A stretch of 64,000 bases of DNA, taken from the NCBI GenBank assembly GCA_051530055.1, contig CM121341.1, positions 17,648,784-17,712,783 on the forward strand. The letters are read 5' to 3'. Under the pieces are notes generated by a model. It ran no database searches. It saw nothing but the letters and a program-made list of their open reading frames with translations, and was not told the DNA's origin. The DNA comes from Neoechinorhynchus agilis. Taxonomy: Eukaryota; Animalia; Acanthocephala. Below, piece after piece: positions 25,611 to 38,137 of the stretch (positions within the stretch are counted from its first letter, which is position 1; every line of letters begins with the position of its first letter). The position numbers and the translations under genes are program-made.

Positions 25611-26483
25611 AGGGAAAGCTTAATGCTAGAATCCCACTCAATATTTGATTGAAACTGGAGACCCGGAATTCTGAAGGGTAGGTGACCCGTTCGATGCCAA
25701 TTGGAAGATCGAAGTAGGATATGGGGCTGCGAGGGATTGAGGGGCTCATTTCAAAGCATTTATGAAGTTCAGGTAGAGTTTGTGATTGGTGAAGAAATCT
25801 TTGATGTGGATGATTTCGTTAGATGTTAAGGAGAAGGAGAGGTGGGCTGGTGATTGAGAGATGAGGTTGAGATCGTTGGCATATACGAAAAGTTTAGAAT
25901 GAAACGAGCAGAGTTTAAGGTCGTTTAAGAAAATGTTAAAAAGAAGTGGTGACAGGACATCAATTCAAGGGACGCCTTTAGTGGGAGGTAGATCGGCAGT
26001 GAATGTATTATTTGCAATTGTGAAGATAGGAGATCAGCCAGTGGATCAGCCAAGGGTTTAGACCGAAATCAGAACAGGCCCGAAGTAGTGAGTGGTTCAT
26101 AGAGTCGAATGCTTTCGATAAATAGAATTGGATGAGACGGATGACGTGAGAGGGATTATTGTCGAGGTTGCGCAAGAATGTGTCATAAATGCATGGTAGG
26201 GCGTCCGTTGCGGAAAAATTGGGCCGGAAGCCGAATTGTAGGGACGATAATTCGTTGCTCAAAGTGGAAGAAGACGAGTTTGAAACATTTTTCGGACGGA
26301 ATGATTCGGCGAAAATCGCATGCCCATTTTCAACAAGTAGATTCACTTTAACATTTTTCAGACATGAAGGAAAGATGCTATATATAAAGCTGCGATTTAT
26401 AATGAGGGTAAATGGGTCTATGAGTTCGTGGATGATGCATGGGACTTCAGACTGAGGGGACGAATTTCGAAGTAATTTCTTGA
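25611..26483 (-). mobile_element. Degraded CR1/L2/Jockey-group RT fragment, right-arm copy
   Basis: Mirror of 7750-8650. It lacks the 28-bp duplication, so the frame runs through SLLRACSDFGLNPWLIHWLISYL. Confidence 0.75.
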
Positions 26484-28303
26484 GATGCTGTAGGAGTTAA
26501 AATGTTGTTGTGGATTTAAATGATTTCAACCGTTAAAAAATGATGACAACAAAAAGGAGTGTAGATGAACCGTCGGAATACTCTATCGTCTGTTCGGCAA
26601 ATATTCTTTTCTGAAATAATTTATGTTGGGAAATAATTTTTTAGAGCCAAATGCGTTTTTAATTTCAGGAAACTTTATTCATTTGTCGAATAGGACAGAG
26701 GTCACGTTTACACTCAGCGACAACAAACTTCTTTTAATAAAAGGTTGTTTCATCTGCCTCATCTCGAAGATTGGCAATGATGCCCATTTTGGTCACAAAC
26801 ACGTACTCTAGTCCAATTTTATTTGGCCATAAAAATGGTTTACCAATGATAATTATTGATAAATCTGCAGGCTATTTTGTCCTCCAAAATACGAAAAATT
26901 CATTTCGACATCCGAAAAATTAGTAGATTCTATCAGATGCCGTATTAGTCGCTCAAACAATCAAAATGATCGAGCTCACGAATGTACAACCGCAAATCGA
27001 TTGGGCTTTTTTCGTTTTGTGAATCGATCAGAGTAGCAATTTGAGCTCACTATCGTGTTCGCAATTGGATTGTTACAAATCATCATATCGATTCTGAATT
27101 AACGATTTCCATCAAATGGCAATCTTTTTTACAACATTGGATTTTTCAATTTCGCTTTTCTGTTAACAAATTTGTTGCAATCAGTTTTACTTTACATAAA
27201 CTAATGTATTACAAAAATCAATTGAATTCACGTCGAAAATTTTTCAACCTGTCTCCGGATTGAGACAAATTTTACTCGATTAATTGAAGGATAGCAGACA
27301 TGTAGCTTTGTTTACGATATCGAAAAACCGTCAAAGCGGCCGATAAAAGGGACAAAGCAATCAATATGCCCAGCTTAAATATTTCCAATCAAAAATAAAT
27401 AAAAGCGGGTTCGGGTGCTTTGTGGACCAAATAAAATTGCTGCAACCGAATAAGGTCACAAGTACGAGTTTCGGCCCAATTTCAGTGTACCACAAAAATT
27501 GTTTACCAATAAAAAATAATCGGTAAAGCTGATATTGTGGACGAACAATATTGTATTCTGAAATGTAACAATTTCTCTTTCATCCGTTAACTCGACACTT
27601 TCCCGTGCATCAACAACTGAGACGGATCAAAAAGAAAACAAATTGAAGTGTACATGAAGTTAACCAAAACAGCTGAATTTAGGCACGCGGCCCAATTGCG
27701 CTGAATTACGACAGTGAGAACAATTCAGCTTGTAGATGCAACCCAATCATTAATTTCGGCTTCTTTGTTTTAATTAACGACCCTCCGCAGAGCCATCTTT
27801 ACGCTTTCATACAGCACTGACGTCCACGAATAAAATTACCTCTGAAGTGCCTTCCTAAGGGATTGCCTTAAAAAAATCCATTGAACAGCATCAAAAACTT
27901 TAATGTTTCTTCGGAGGTAGGGTCAGACGTCCCGTTTAGACGCCGACTACGAAAATGAAGAGATCGCTGTGACCCAAAAATTACTTGCCTATTCCATAAA
28001 TGGAAGGATCTCGAGTTCGGGTGTCCAAAATTGTAAGATCTATGGCGAACCACTGATCGGAAACTATCTCGCCTGACTTTAGCAAAGGTCATCGCATGAA
28101 TGATGACCAAGACAGAATAATCGGGCTAAATATTTTGCTGGATTCAACAATCAGGAACAATGATAAATTCTAAAAAGATTCCTCATCAAAAATTTTGCAT
28201 AATCCGAAAATATATAGAATCCGCAGTTGAAAGTATAACAAACTCCGAAAGGTGCATTTGACCTGAACTTTCCAATTATTGTGAATAGTTTGGAAGAACG
28301 TTT

Positions 28304-28350
28304 AACTTTACCCAAGAGGGTCCCAATCCCGGCTGGAGTCAGGAAGGGCA
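28304..28350 (+). ncRNA. Degenerate twister-ribozyme-like sequence at the RTE 5' end (mirror at 5877-5923, minus strand)
   Basis: AACTTTACC-CAAGAG-GGTCCCAATCCC-GG resembles the RTE-associated twister core as I recall it (AACACTGCC-AATGCC-GGTCCCAAGCCC-GG). The 3' half appears shortened. Confidence 0.5.
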
Positions 28351-30251
28351 TAAGGCTGTAAAAATATGCCAAATTTTGAACCCAATGGCATCAAACATAT
28401 AAACAAATTAACTAAGATGCGACGCGCAAGTTCTTCGCCCGGAGCTTGTGTTACATCATCAAGGGCTACCGAGGCATGGACGGTCTCGGCTAAAGAAATT
28501 AGTCTACACAACTAACCTAAGAATATCAACGCTAAATGCTTGATCGGTGATCGAAAGGAGCAAGGAAATAGTGGACATGATGCGAAGAAAAATCGGAATA
28601 CTAGGAGTGCAAGAGACCATGTGGAAGGGTGTGAAAGCCCGAGAACGATGTGATGGTTATAAAACAATCTACAAAGGCGAGCCAAGTGGCAGAAATGGTG
28701 TGGGAGTGATCTTGGAGAAAGAGCTAGTGAATTGTGTTTTGGAGGTAATCAGGACAAGTGATAGGATCATTTCGGTGAGATTAGATTTTAGAGGTGAGGA
28801 TATCATCACAATATCGGCCTATGCCCGCAAATAGCATGTTGAGTAGATGAGAAAGAGAAATTCTTTCAAACTTTATCAGATACGGTGTGGTCGCAGGAGA
28901 TCTTAATGGACATGTGGGAAGTAGAGATGGCTGTGAACGAGTGGTTGGTGGTATTGGATTGCGAAATGCGGAAGGAGAAAAGCTTCTGGACTTTGCGGTG
29001 GCAAAGGAGTTGAGACTGACAAACACCATCTACCGAAAAGAAGATAGGCACCTCGCCATCTATTCTAGCGGAGGAAAAGTTAGTAGAATGGATTACATCC
29101 TTTAGCGATAGCACGAATTGACGAACGTAAAAACGATTCTCGACGAACATTGTGTTTCACAGCATCGGATAATAGTAGAAGACTTGACGGTCAGAACAAG
29201 GAGACGATATACTCAGAAAACGAACCCCAGAATCAAGTGGTTGCGTAAGAGATTTGGTGATTCGCCAGTTGGTAAGCGGGAAACGAAAGTGGAGGATTCA
29301 AATGCATGATTGAACCGATCGGCCAAACTCATATTGGAAGAGGGTCGAAATATTCTCGGACAGACGACGGGTAAAGTCAGGCAAAGAGGCTTGGTGGTGG
29401 AAACCAAGAGTGAAGCGAGCGATACGTCGGAAACGAGAAGCTAAAAAGAGTTGGGACCATGGATATACAGCCGAAAATCTAGCGAATTTAAGCAGGGTAA
29501 GAAAGATGCTAGAAGGGAATGCGCTTTGGCCAAGTAGTCACAGCGGAAAAACACGAAGTGGCTCAGGAAAGACTGGAAGGGTGACGTGAGGCATTGGAAA
29601 GTAACAGACTCAAAGTAACCAGAGCGAAGACAGTGTACATGGGTCCGGAGGATCTAGAATTAGATGGAACCCTATTAACATCGAAAGATTCAGTTGAATA
29701 TCTCGGTAGTAAGGTCAGTATGTCAACTCTCTCAAACCTAAAATAACTCCTCGAATACAAAGCGGATGGCACAACTGGAAGAAAATGTCAAGCGTATTCT
29801 GTATGTGATAAAAGGATCGAGTTAAATCGAAAAAGATCGGAGTATTTGAGACTGTAGTGAGACCAGCGATGTTGTACGGCGCAGAGACGCGGACGACCAA
29901 GAAAGACGATCTCAGTCGAATGAAATGAGGATGTTGAGATGGTCAGCTGGCTTCACATTCAGGGATAGGGAAAGAAACGAGGATGTTAGAGGGATGCTAG
30001 AGAGCCGATGCACCGAAGTGATAGTTCAAAGAAGATTGCAGTGGTTCAATAACGTTATGAATAGCGCGAGAGGAGATATAAGCATAGAGGTGATCGAGAT
30101 ATTGGGAAGGCGACGACGAGGGAGACTGAAGAAGCGTTGGGTGGATCGTGTAAACCAAGATCGTGGTTAAATTTGACACGGCATGTATCACCGAATAAGT
30201 GTAATATTAGGACCGGCGACCTCTCGAAAGAGAGAAAAGGGTGAGGAGAAA
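28305..30251 (+). mobile_element. RTE-clade LINE, right-arm copy
   Basis: TSD TTTGGAAGAACGTTTA at 28289-28304 and 30252-30267. Has the 5' motif AGGAAGGGCATAAGGCTGTAAAAA and a 3' hairpin CTCTC-GAAA-GAGAG followed by a purine-rich tail. Confidence 0.9.
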
Positions 30252-30432
30252 TTTGGAAGAACGTTTACAATGAGACGAAGGGGCGAAAAGGCGAAAGAAG
30301 GTTAAAAGCGTTACGTCGATAAATTTTTCCATTGCGTCATATCAACCCGATTTTTGCGGAAAAAAGATTTGATTGTTGCCATGGTAACCTTGGTTTAATT
30401 TTTTAACGGGTTTCCGATTAGCTAGATTTCGA

Positions 30433-31708
30433 ATGCTTGTTGGCTATTTCTTATTTATTTTGCTTTACAATCAATTAGAAGTAAAAATTAACGCGATTGG
30501 TAGAAAAAGTAAAAAGCTCCTATTAGGCAAAGATCAATTATCGTTTAATTGTCGGGATGTTTCGCATGTTTATTTAGACCTGCTCATGGCTGCCAATAGA
30601 ACCAACTATTACATTCGAAATCTCCATTTAAGAGGCTCTGATGATCTCAAATGTTTTCTGACAATGTCAACGGTGAAAATTAAACTTAGTTTTCCGAAAC
30701 TATTTACATTGAAGATTGAACAGTTTCAATTGACTCGTCTGAACTTCAAGGCGTCAATCGATTTTCCATCACTCAGAAGACTTTCGATTATTGGATGCCA
30801 TCTAAATGATCTTTCTTTGATTTATAATGTCTTTTCGGCGAAAAGGTCACTAAGGATCATTTTGGTTAAAAAATGTTATGGAACAATTGGATTTTTTCTA
30901 ATCGAATTCCATTCGAAACTTTTGGTGGGATTTCTTTTTTGAATAGATTAAAGTATTCGCATTCGGCTTTTATGAAAAAGTGTGAATTCATTAATAACAG
31001 TTTTGCCGATTCAAAATATCCGCAAATTCTTATGAATATGTTTGAAAATCTATTGAATGGAGCCTTCAAAATGGCAGTCTTAGTCGATAAATCCGTCGGT
31101 TGTCGAACGACGTTTATTGAAAACGTTCGCTTTGGTTGCAAAGCTAGAAATTTAGTGAGTAAGATGAAATCAATCAGTCAAAACACCATTTTTTCTTTGT
31201 GATTCCTTATTTTTCGCATCTTAATATTGCTTTTTATGGAAGTATTGACGATCATTAGACTCGGCTTAAGTTTTCACTTTGAAAATTATTAAGATTAAAT
31301 CTAGGGAAGCGAAGTTGGTATTTGATTTAGAACAATTCTTTTTGAAATTTTGTCTGTTTTAACCTCAAATGTGACTGATCGATTGATAATATCATTGATC
31401 GGCACAACAAAAGCAATAATATCCTGTTTAAGATCGACAATGTCCAAATTTATTGCTACAATGGTTTAGAAAAAAACACTTTTTCTAATGTGATCGATCA
31501 TCGGATGGATGATTGTAACGATTGTGGTTCACAACGAATTGTGAGTTCAATGAATGCAGTAGGTGGTGTCGATCTCGGGCTTAAGGGAGCTTATGCACTG
31601 ATAATTATGGTATTTTTTGGATTTATTATCATTCCCGTCACAATGCGAATCATAGTGCTTTGCGTTGTACCTGAATTGAACAATCATGGAGAAGAGCAAG
31701 AGGATTGA
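30433..31708 (+). CDS. Possible LRR-like single-pass membrane protein, right-arm copy
   Basis: Mirror of 2519-3794, with identical translations in the ORF track. Confidence 0.4.
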
Positions 31709-32303
31709 GTGCGCCATCATATCGAACTTAGTGAGGTAAACGAGGAATCGAACATTTAAGTTAGGTCGCGGGCGAATATAAAGTGACTAAAGTTCTAAAA
31801 TTAATAGAAATTTAGAGGGCTCAACCATGTGTTTAGTTTTCATTTGATGATGAGATAAAATTTTGCTTAGACGCTTTGGAATTCCTCGTAAGTGCTATAA
31901 ATGTCATATAAAATAATCATTTTATAAGCGAAGAGTCTTATATCGGGCATTATTGATGCATGACTCGAAACAAAAAATCGGTGTCAGCGTCTGGCAATGA
32001 GTTGTTTGAAACTCTATTGTTATTCTATGAACTTAGATCAAGGAATTTGAACCAAGCATTAGCATATTTCTTTACTTTTACGGTTAGGAAAATCAATGCA
32101 ATAAAGACTTTTAGATTTGGATGCTACAGTCAATTTCTGAGCACCTATCAGTTAAAGTTTGTTGTAGACACAAAGATTTTTGCATAGTAATCTCGTCTTT
32201 TATATTAACCAAAAAGCTTGAGAAAATTGCAGCGAAGATAAATCAAACCTCGCCTGGTCTTCATTGTTTCAAACTATCACGTATGTTAGGTCTAATCAAA
32301 AGC

Positions 32304-35300
32304 TTAATTTTTGAGAGACAAGCGACCATCATTATCAATTTCATAAATTTGATCACACCACTGCATTGTTAATTTTCTATGTGTTATAAACAACACACCT
32401 GCATTATCAACAAGAAATTTGTCTATAACTTCAAGTATTTTGACTTCTGTTTGCTCGTCTACATTCGAAGTAGTTTCATCGAAAATATAAAGAACGCCGG
32501 ATCCGAGTTTGCGTTCGATTACTTGCCTGCACAGACAAACAAGTTGCCGTTCTCCAGCCGAAAGTGTATTGGCATTCTTAGTATAAAGCTGGTTGTTCAA
32601 ATGGCCTATACCACATTCAATGAGCCCCTGTTCAAGTTGAAAATCCGTAAATACATGAAATAGATCTAGATTTTGCCTTAGATTTCCATTAAAAAGACAT
32701 GGAGTTTGGCCAATCACACAAACCAGTGATCTAAATTTTGACAACATTAAAGAGTAGAAAAAGACTGCATTATTACCTTAATTTACTTAAACTCAGTTTG
32801 TCCACGTCCATACCACCGATTTGGATAAGACCCAAATGGAAGCGTTCATAGGCGCATATTGCATTAACAACAGAACTTTTCCCGCTGCCTGTTCGACCAA
32901 CGATTCCTACTTTCTGACCTTTTTTTACTTGCAAATTAAAGTCTTTCACGACCTCTCGAATGCCATCGTACGAAAATGAAAGATTTTGACAATTCAGTGC
33001 ACAGTCATTTAAAGGTTGCCCATTAATATGTTCTGTGAAAAACTCGTCCTCTGTCTCAACATCTCGTAGATATTGAATTATTCGTTCAACACTCACCAGG
33101 GCGGATTCAGTATCGGTCGTGGTGGTAACGAGTCCATTTAGAAGATTTATCAGACGTATTAGGTAAGAAATTAATAGACCAATCGAGGTGACGGAGTATT
33201 TAGATCTGAGATAAATTGCAATCGTACAAACGGCTAAAAATGAGACGAAACGGGCAGTTTAATTTTCATCGGGGAGTGGCTTGCATGTCTGAACGTGGAA
33301 GGTACAAGTGAAATGCTTCGATCGGGGTCTAATTTAAGAAATTTTCTAGTTTCTGTCTTCTGATTTGAAATTCTTACTTTAGGATATACAAAAATGAACT
33401 AGCGTCAATTTTTTTGTTGGTTTTTAAAGGTACAATTTCGACTTAAGGTAAATGTGTAGAGTGCGCCAATCCTGAGTTTCAAGAAAAATAACTACGTATA
33501 GTGAATTTTAACATCGGTTAATTAAACGAATAGTGCTTTTCTTACCAGTCAACAGTATTGAAGCGAGCAATGTCAATCTTATTTGTAGCCAGCATGGTAC
33601 AATAGAATTTTGAAACGAGACATTCAAGTGTGTGCGCACACGCTGAGCAAAACGATTTCTCATGTGCTCAAGCAACCTTAGTGCTCTGATAGCAGCAATT
33701 CCATCCATCGTCTCCATTACAGTCGAATAAACTGGGCTAAATGTAGCAGTACAAGTGCGCCGCAGTTCACAAATTGCAAATCGATAGAAACGCTAAATAA
33801 GTGTAGTAAATATAAGAATTAAATAATAAATGCTTACCTGAATGCAAATGTAGACGATGAGCAATATAAGTATAATTGGAATCAATGAAGGCATTTGGTA
33901 AATTGCAATACCAATGGCAGCCAATATTGAAGCCAAGTTAGCAAGAAAGATGTTGAGTACAAAGGGGAGATTATCATCAATGCATGAAGTGTCCGAAGAA
34001 AACCTGTTCATCAGTGCACCGTGACTATTTGAATCAAAAAATCGAAGTTTAGCCTGAAAATGATTTATAATTAAGCCATTTTTACTTAAAGTACCTTTAA
34101 GATGTGATTTAAAAATTTGTCGTGAATACGATTGGCTGCAACCAGGCATGCGTACGCGAATAATATTGCTCGTATACACGTGAAGGCGCAATTAAGGAGA
34201 GTTATTGAGAGATATCCATTCAAAAACTTTTGCCTATCCGTTTCATTCCAGACGCTTTCATTATTTGATAAATGTAAACTGAGCCAATAATCGGTCCCTA
34301 ATGACGACCCTGAGTAATGCGAAAATAAAAAATATTAAATGCCATCGAATTTGTAATTACCTTGCATTAAAATGAGTGAAAAAAGTACTGCTACGCACAA
34401 CGAAGCTCCGATGGATTGTAAATAAAATAAGTATACGCTCCAACCAACGCCAAGATTCGTCTCATTTATTTCCTCACTATTATTTATTGCTTTTGCATTT
34501 GCTGATGTAAACTGAAGAGTTTCTGGTTTTTCGTGATGCTTATCATTGTTCGTGACTGAATAAAATACGTTTACAATTCCGTCGCTTTCCGCGGAGGGCA
34601 TCTTTATAACTATTCGACAATTTTGCACTTGGTCTAGTAACCAAGAGGAATGTGTACACAGTATCCTTGTCTTCCCTTCAAGTTCGTCAAGTACACATTT
34701 TTGAAATACTTGCATCGCAACCTGATGGTCGAGTGCGGAAAAGGGATCATCGAACACGTAGGTGTCAGCATCCTGTAAAGAATAATTTTAGTTTAGGAAT
34801 GAATACTAAAGGAAAATGAGACAAAGTAAACTTTATAAATTAACCTATAATGCAAAGAAACAAATTTTTAAGCTTCAATGGATTTTGAAGAGTTAGATGA
34901 TATTTTTAGGGACACATTTTGAAGTTTAAAATCCATTATGATATTTTCAAGCCATGGAGATTTGGTAATATAAAATAATTATCATTACAGCTACTACCGT
35001 GTTGTTACAAACCAAACAGCAACGATGACTGCTACGGTACTGTCTTCAATTTTGTTATTTCACTTCCACTTTAAATCCATCCATAAAGCATATTGTTCGT
35101 ATTATTGGAAAACTTTTCGACCATACTTAAAGATCGGTAGAAGATCGTAGTTTACTACCCTAACAAAAATAATTTACGATGGAATGTTTTCCAGGCTTCT
35201 GAGAAGATCATTAACGGACATTTTGTTGGTTTTGTGACGAAAAGTTTAAGAATTGGTCAAAATTAGCATCAATAATTTGTCACTTGCTCTCTAATCGAAG

Positions 35301-38096
35301 ATCCATAAATATTCTAAATCGCAAAATGGTCCCCTTTGTATATTATTTAAGACCGATGATAACGCTTTCCATCGTACAGTTAATCATAGATGACAAACAC
35401 AATTTTAGTGAATCAGAATTGGAGCGGAATTTCTGAAAGATCATGTTAAACCTAACGTTGTTTCATTGCGGACACCAACGCTATTCACCTGATAAAGACA
35501 CCGAGCAAGTGCAACACGGACTCGTTGTCCTCCACTTAGCATTTTGCCATTGTATCCAACAAGAGTCGAATCGCCGTTAGGCAACGCCTACTTTTCGAAA
35601 TGAATAAAATTCTTCCAATATGGAAAGACAAACCAACAGGTCAATATCCAGTCCACATCTAGTTAAAACGCTTCTGTACTTCTCTTCATCAAATAACTTA
35701 TTTAAAACGACGTTATCACGAATACTTTCATTAAGAATCCAAGGCTCCTGTGGAAAATAACCAACTTTGTGATCTAGTGAATTGACAAGCATTCTTAAAA
35801 AAGTTGACTTTCCGGATCCGATTGGTCCATCAATCACAACCAAGTCTCCTCGATTAATATCAATACTTTCCATTATAACGCAATCCCTGTTATCAACACA
35901 GAATTGTTGTCCGTCTATTTTGATAGTAGGGCTTATTCTAAGACGTTTACTGGAGTGCACGGAGTTCAAGAATTCCATTATTCTTTTATAGGATACTCTA
36001 CTTTCAATGATTCCACTAATAACCCACGGAAAGGAGTTTAGCGGTGCAATCAACATACCTAACCAGTTTAGACATGAGAATGCTCTCGGCGCGTTCAAGT
36101 GTTTATGAGTGAGTAAAGTGTAGACAGAAAAAGTAATAGAAGATAGCAAAACAGGAGTAAATGCCCAAAGAAAAACGCATATCGAATCAAGGTACTTCAC
36201 ATTTCGTACCTGCTCCATTTCACGAATTCGTGATCCCGTTATCCTCGATTCTACAAAACCTTCCAATTTGTTGTATTTAATACTTAATGCGTTGGACAAC
36301 AGGTCATGGGCATGTAATAAACGCTCGTCTTTTGCTGTAAGCATCTTCACATTGAATTTATTGATATATTTTGCTATAAAGCGATTAAGTGCAAGTAGGG
36401 CAATAGTGAGAACGAGACCAGGGATAAAGGCTAAACCGAGTTGAACGTACAAAATGCAAACAACTATCAATATCTGAACGGGCAGACACCAGAGTTCATG
36501 AAAACTGTTGAAGAAATTCACTGATCTTGACACGTCCGAGCTTATTAAGTTAATTATATGACCACTAATGTCCTTCAATTCACACTCTGATGATAAAATT
36601 CTATCTTGGATTCGGTTCAATAAATTCAATTTGAACTGAGTACACCTTGAGTTCCTTTAAGAATGGATTGTATTAGAAAAATGCGAAATAATAAGTCATT
36701 CTGGTGCTCCCAGATTTTGTCACGAACTGAAGTGAGAAAGATGCCCATAAAACTATGGAGTACTTTACAGAGTCCTTTTTGGTTTGAAGCCTATTGTTCC
36801 TCAGATATCCTATTGCTCGACAATCACCTGTACTCCATAAATCAAAGATAAACATAACGTACGCTAATTTTACTTAAATTTCAAAACTTCGGCTTAGTGA
36901 TCATTTAAAGACAAAACTTTTCAAATGTCGAATTTTTTAGACAAAATCGATTTCATTGCTGTTACTATTTCGCGTTTACAAGCTTTAAAATACTAAAAGT
37001 GCGGGACGAGAAAAGATTCTCTCCGGGAATGTTCTAAAAGCTGTTAACATGTATTCGAACAATATTTTTCGAAAAATATACTAAATTTTATTTTAATGAG
37101 GCACTAATTTCCCCTAGCCTCAAAAGATCTTTGTATTTCTCAGTGAAATATACAATAGATATTTTAAAAACATTTTCCCCCAATTCATTAAAGGAACTCG
37201 CTTCTACAAATTCTGCAAACTAAATAAGTATAATGCGTTGACGTCAGGGATCCGGCAAAGTTAGTAACGCTCAAAGCGAAGAAGATCGATATAAGTTTAT
37301 GAGATTGCGAGTCCTGAAAGGCGTATAAGAACTCTTTAAGAATAAACGGTGTTATCAAGGTGGTAATGGCAGATATTAATTTGAGGGATCCTGCTTTAAG
37401 AAAAAAATCAACATACACTACTCGTCGAATATTTCTGCAATCCAATTCGTTGATAATGTTTTCGATTGGTTTCCTGTAAACTAAGATTTTATACATCCAA
37501 TTGAACAAAATATCTGAGGAATCAAATTTGATTTTTTTTGTAAAAGTCGCAAGTATACATATCGGTAGATATAGACTCATCATAGCACAAGTGATTGATC
37601 GCACTGTTAGAACTGCAAATAAAAAATTTTGAAGTGGACATATTCGATCAAATGTGTCTAGAATTTCATTCAGAACAGATTTCTCAAATCAAAGAAACGA
37701 AGAGAAAGCTGTGCTTTAAAGTAAACAAAAATGAAAAAACGTCAGGAGAACAAATGATCCAATGTCAATAAAGAAGAAAATACGACGTTCACAATTACCT
37801 TGAAACGACCTTACAGCAAGAACAGATATCAGCAATAAATTCAGAAAATATTGCTCATGAGAACTCTGGGAAGAAATAGTCGTAAGAAGTACGAATGATG
37901 CAAAATGAACGATAGTAAGGAATTGCCGAATGACTGCAATTAAGAAACAGAACGAGGATTGTCCATTTATAAGAGATGAAATAACGCAAAGTATTTGACA
38001 TGCGACAAACGGAAAAACAGTCCATTGTGCTGTTTTCGATTCAATCTTCTTGGTTTTAATCAAAACATTTTGAAAATCTAAACACAGCTCCATCAT
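32304..38096 (-). CDS. ABCC10: ABC transporter family C, most like ABCC10/MRP7 (multi-exon)
   Basis: [19 protein letters not shown] and [15 protein letters not shown] are ABCC10-like. NBD1 has [23 protein letters not shown] and [12 protein letters not shown]2 has [17 protein letters not shown] and DETTSNVD. Several GT-AG introns were checked by eye, but the complete exon chain was not resolved. Confidence 0.85.
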
Positions 38097-38137
38097 CTGC
38101 AATAAAAAAGAGTTGATCGCACGATTAGGACCAAAGA

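Larger units (their letters stand above)
17132..32226. repeat. Right arm of a giant inverted repeat (15,095 bp)
   Basis: Centre reads ...CCCGTTGATATAA-CT-TTATATCAACGGG. The 34-bp arm length difference is accounted for by indels of 28, 5 and 1 bp. Confidence 0.97.

Noticed and set aside
27300-28290. Coding-like frames with scattered stops upstream of the RTE insertion
   Set aside because: Possibly a decayed gene, but no family could be recognised.
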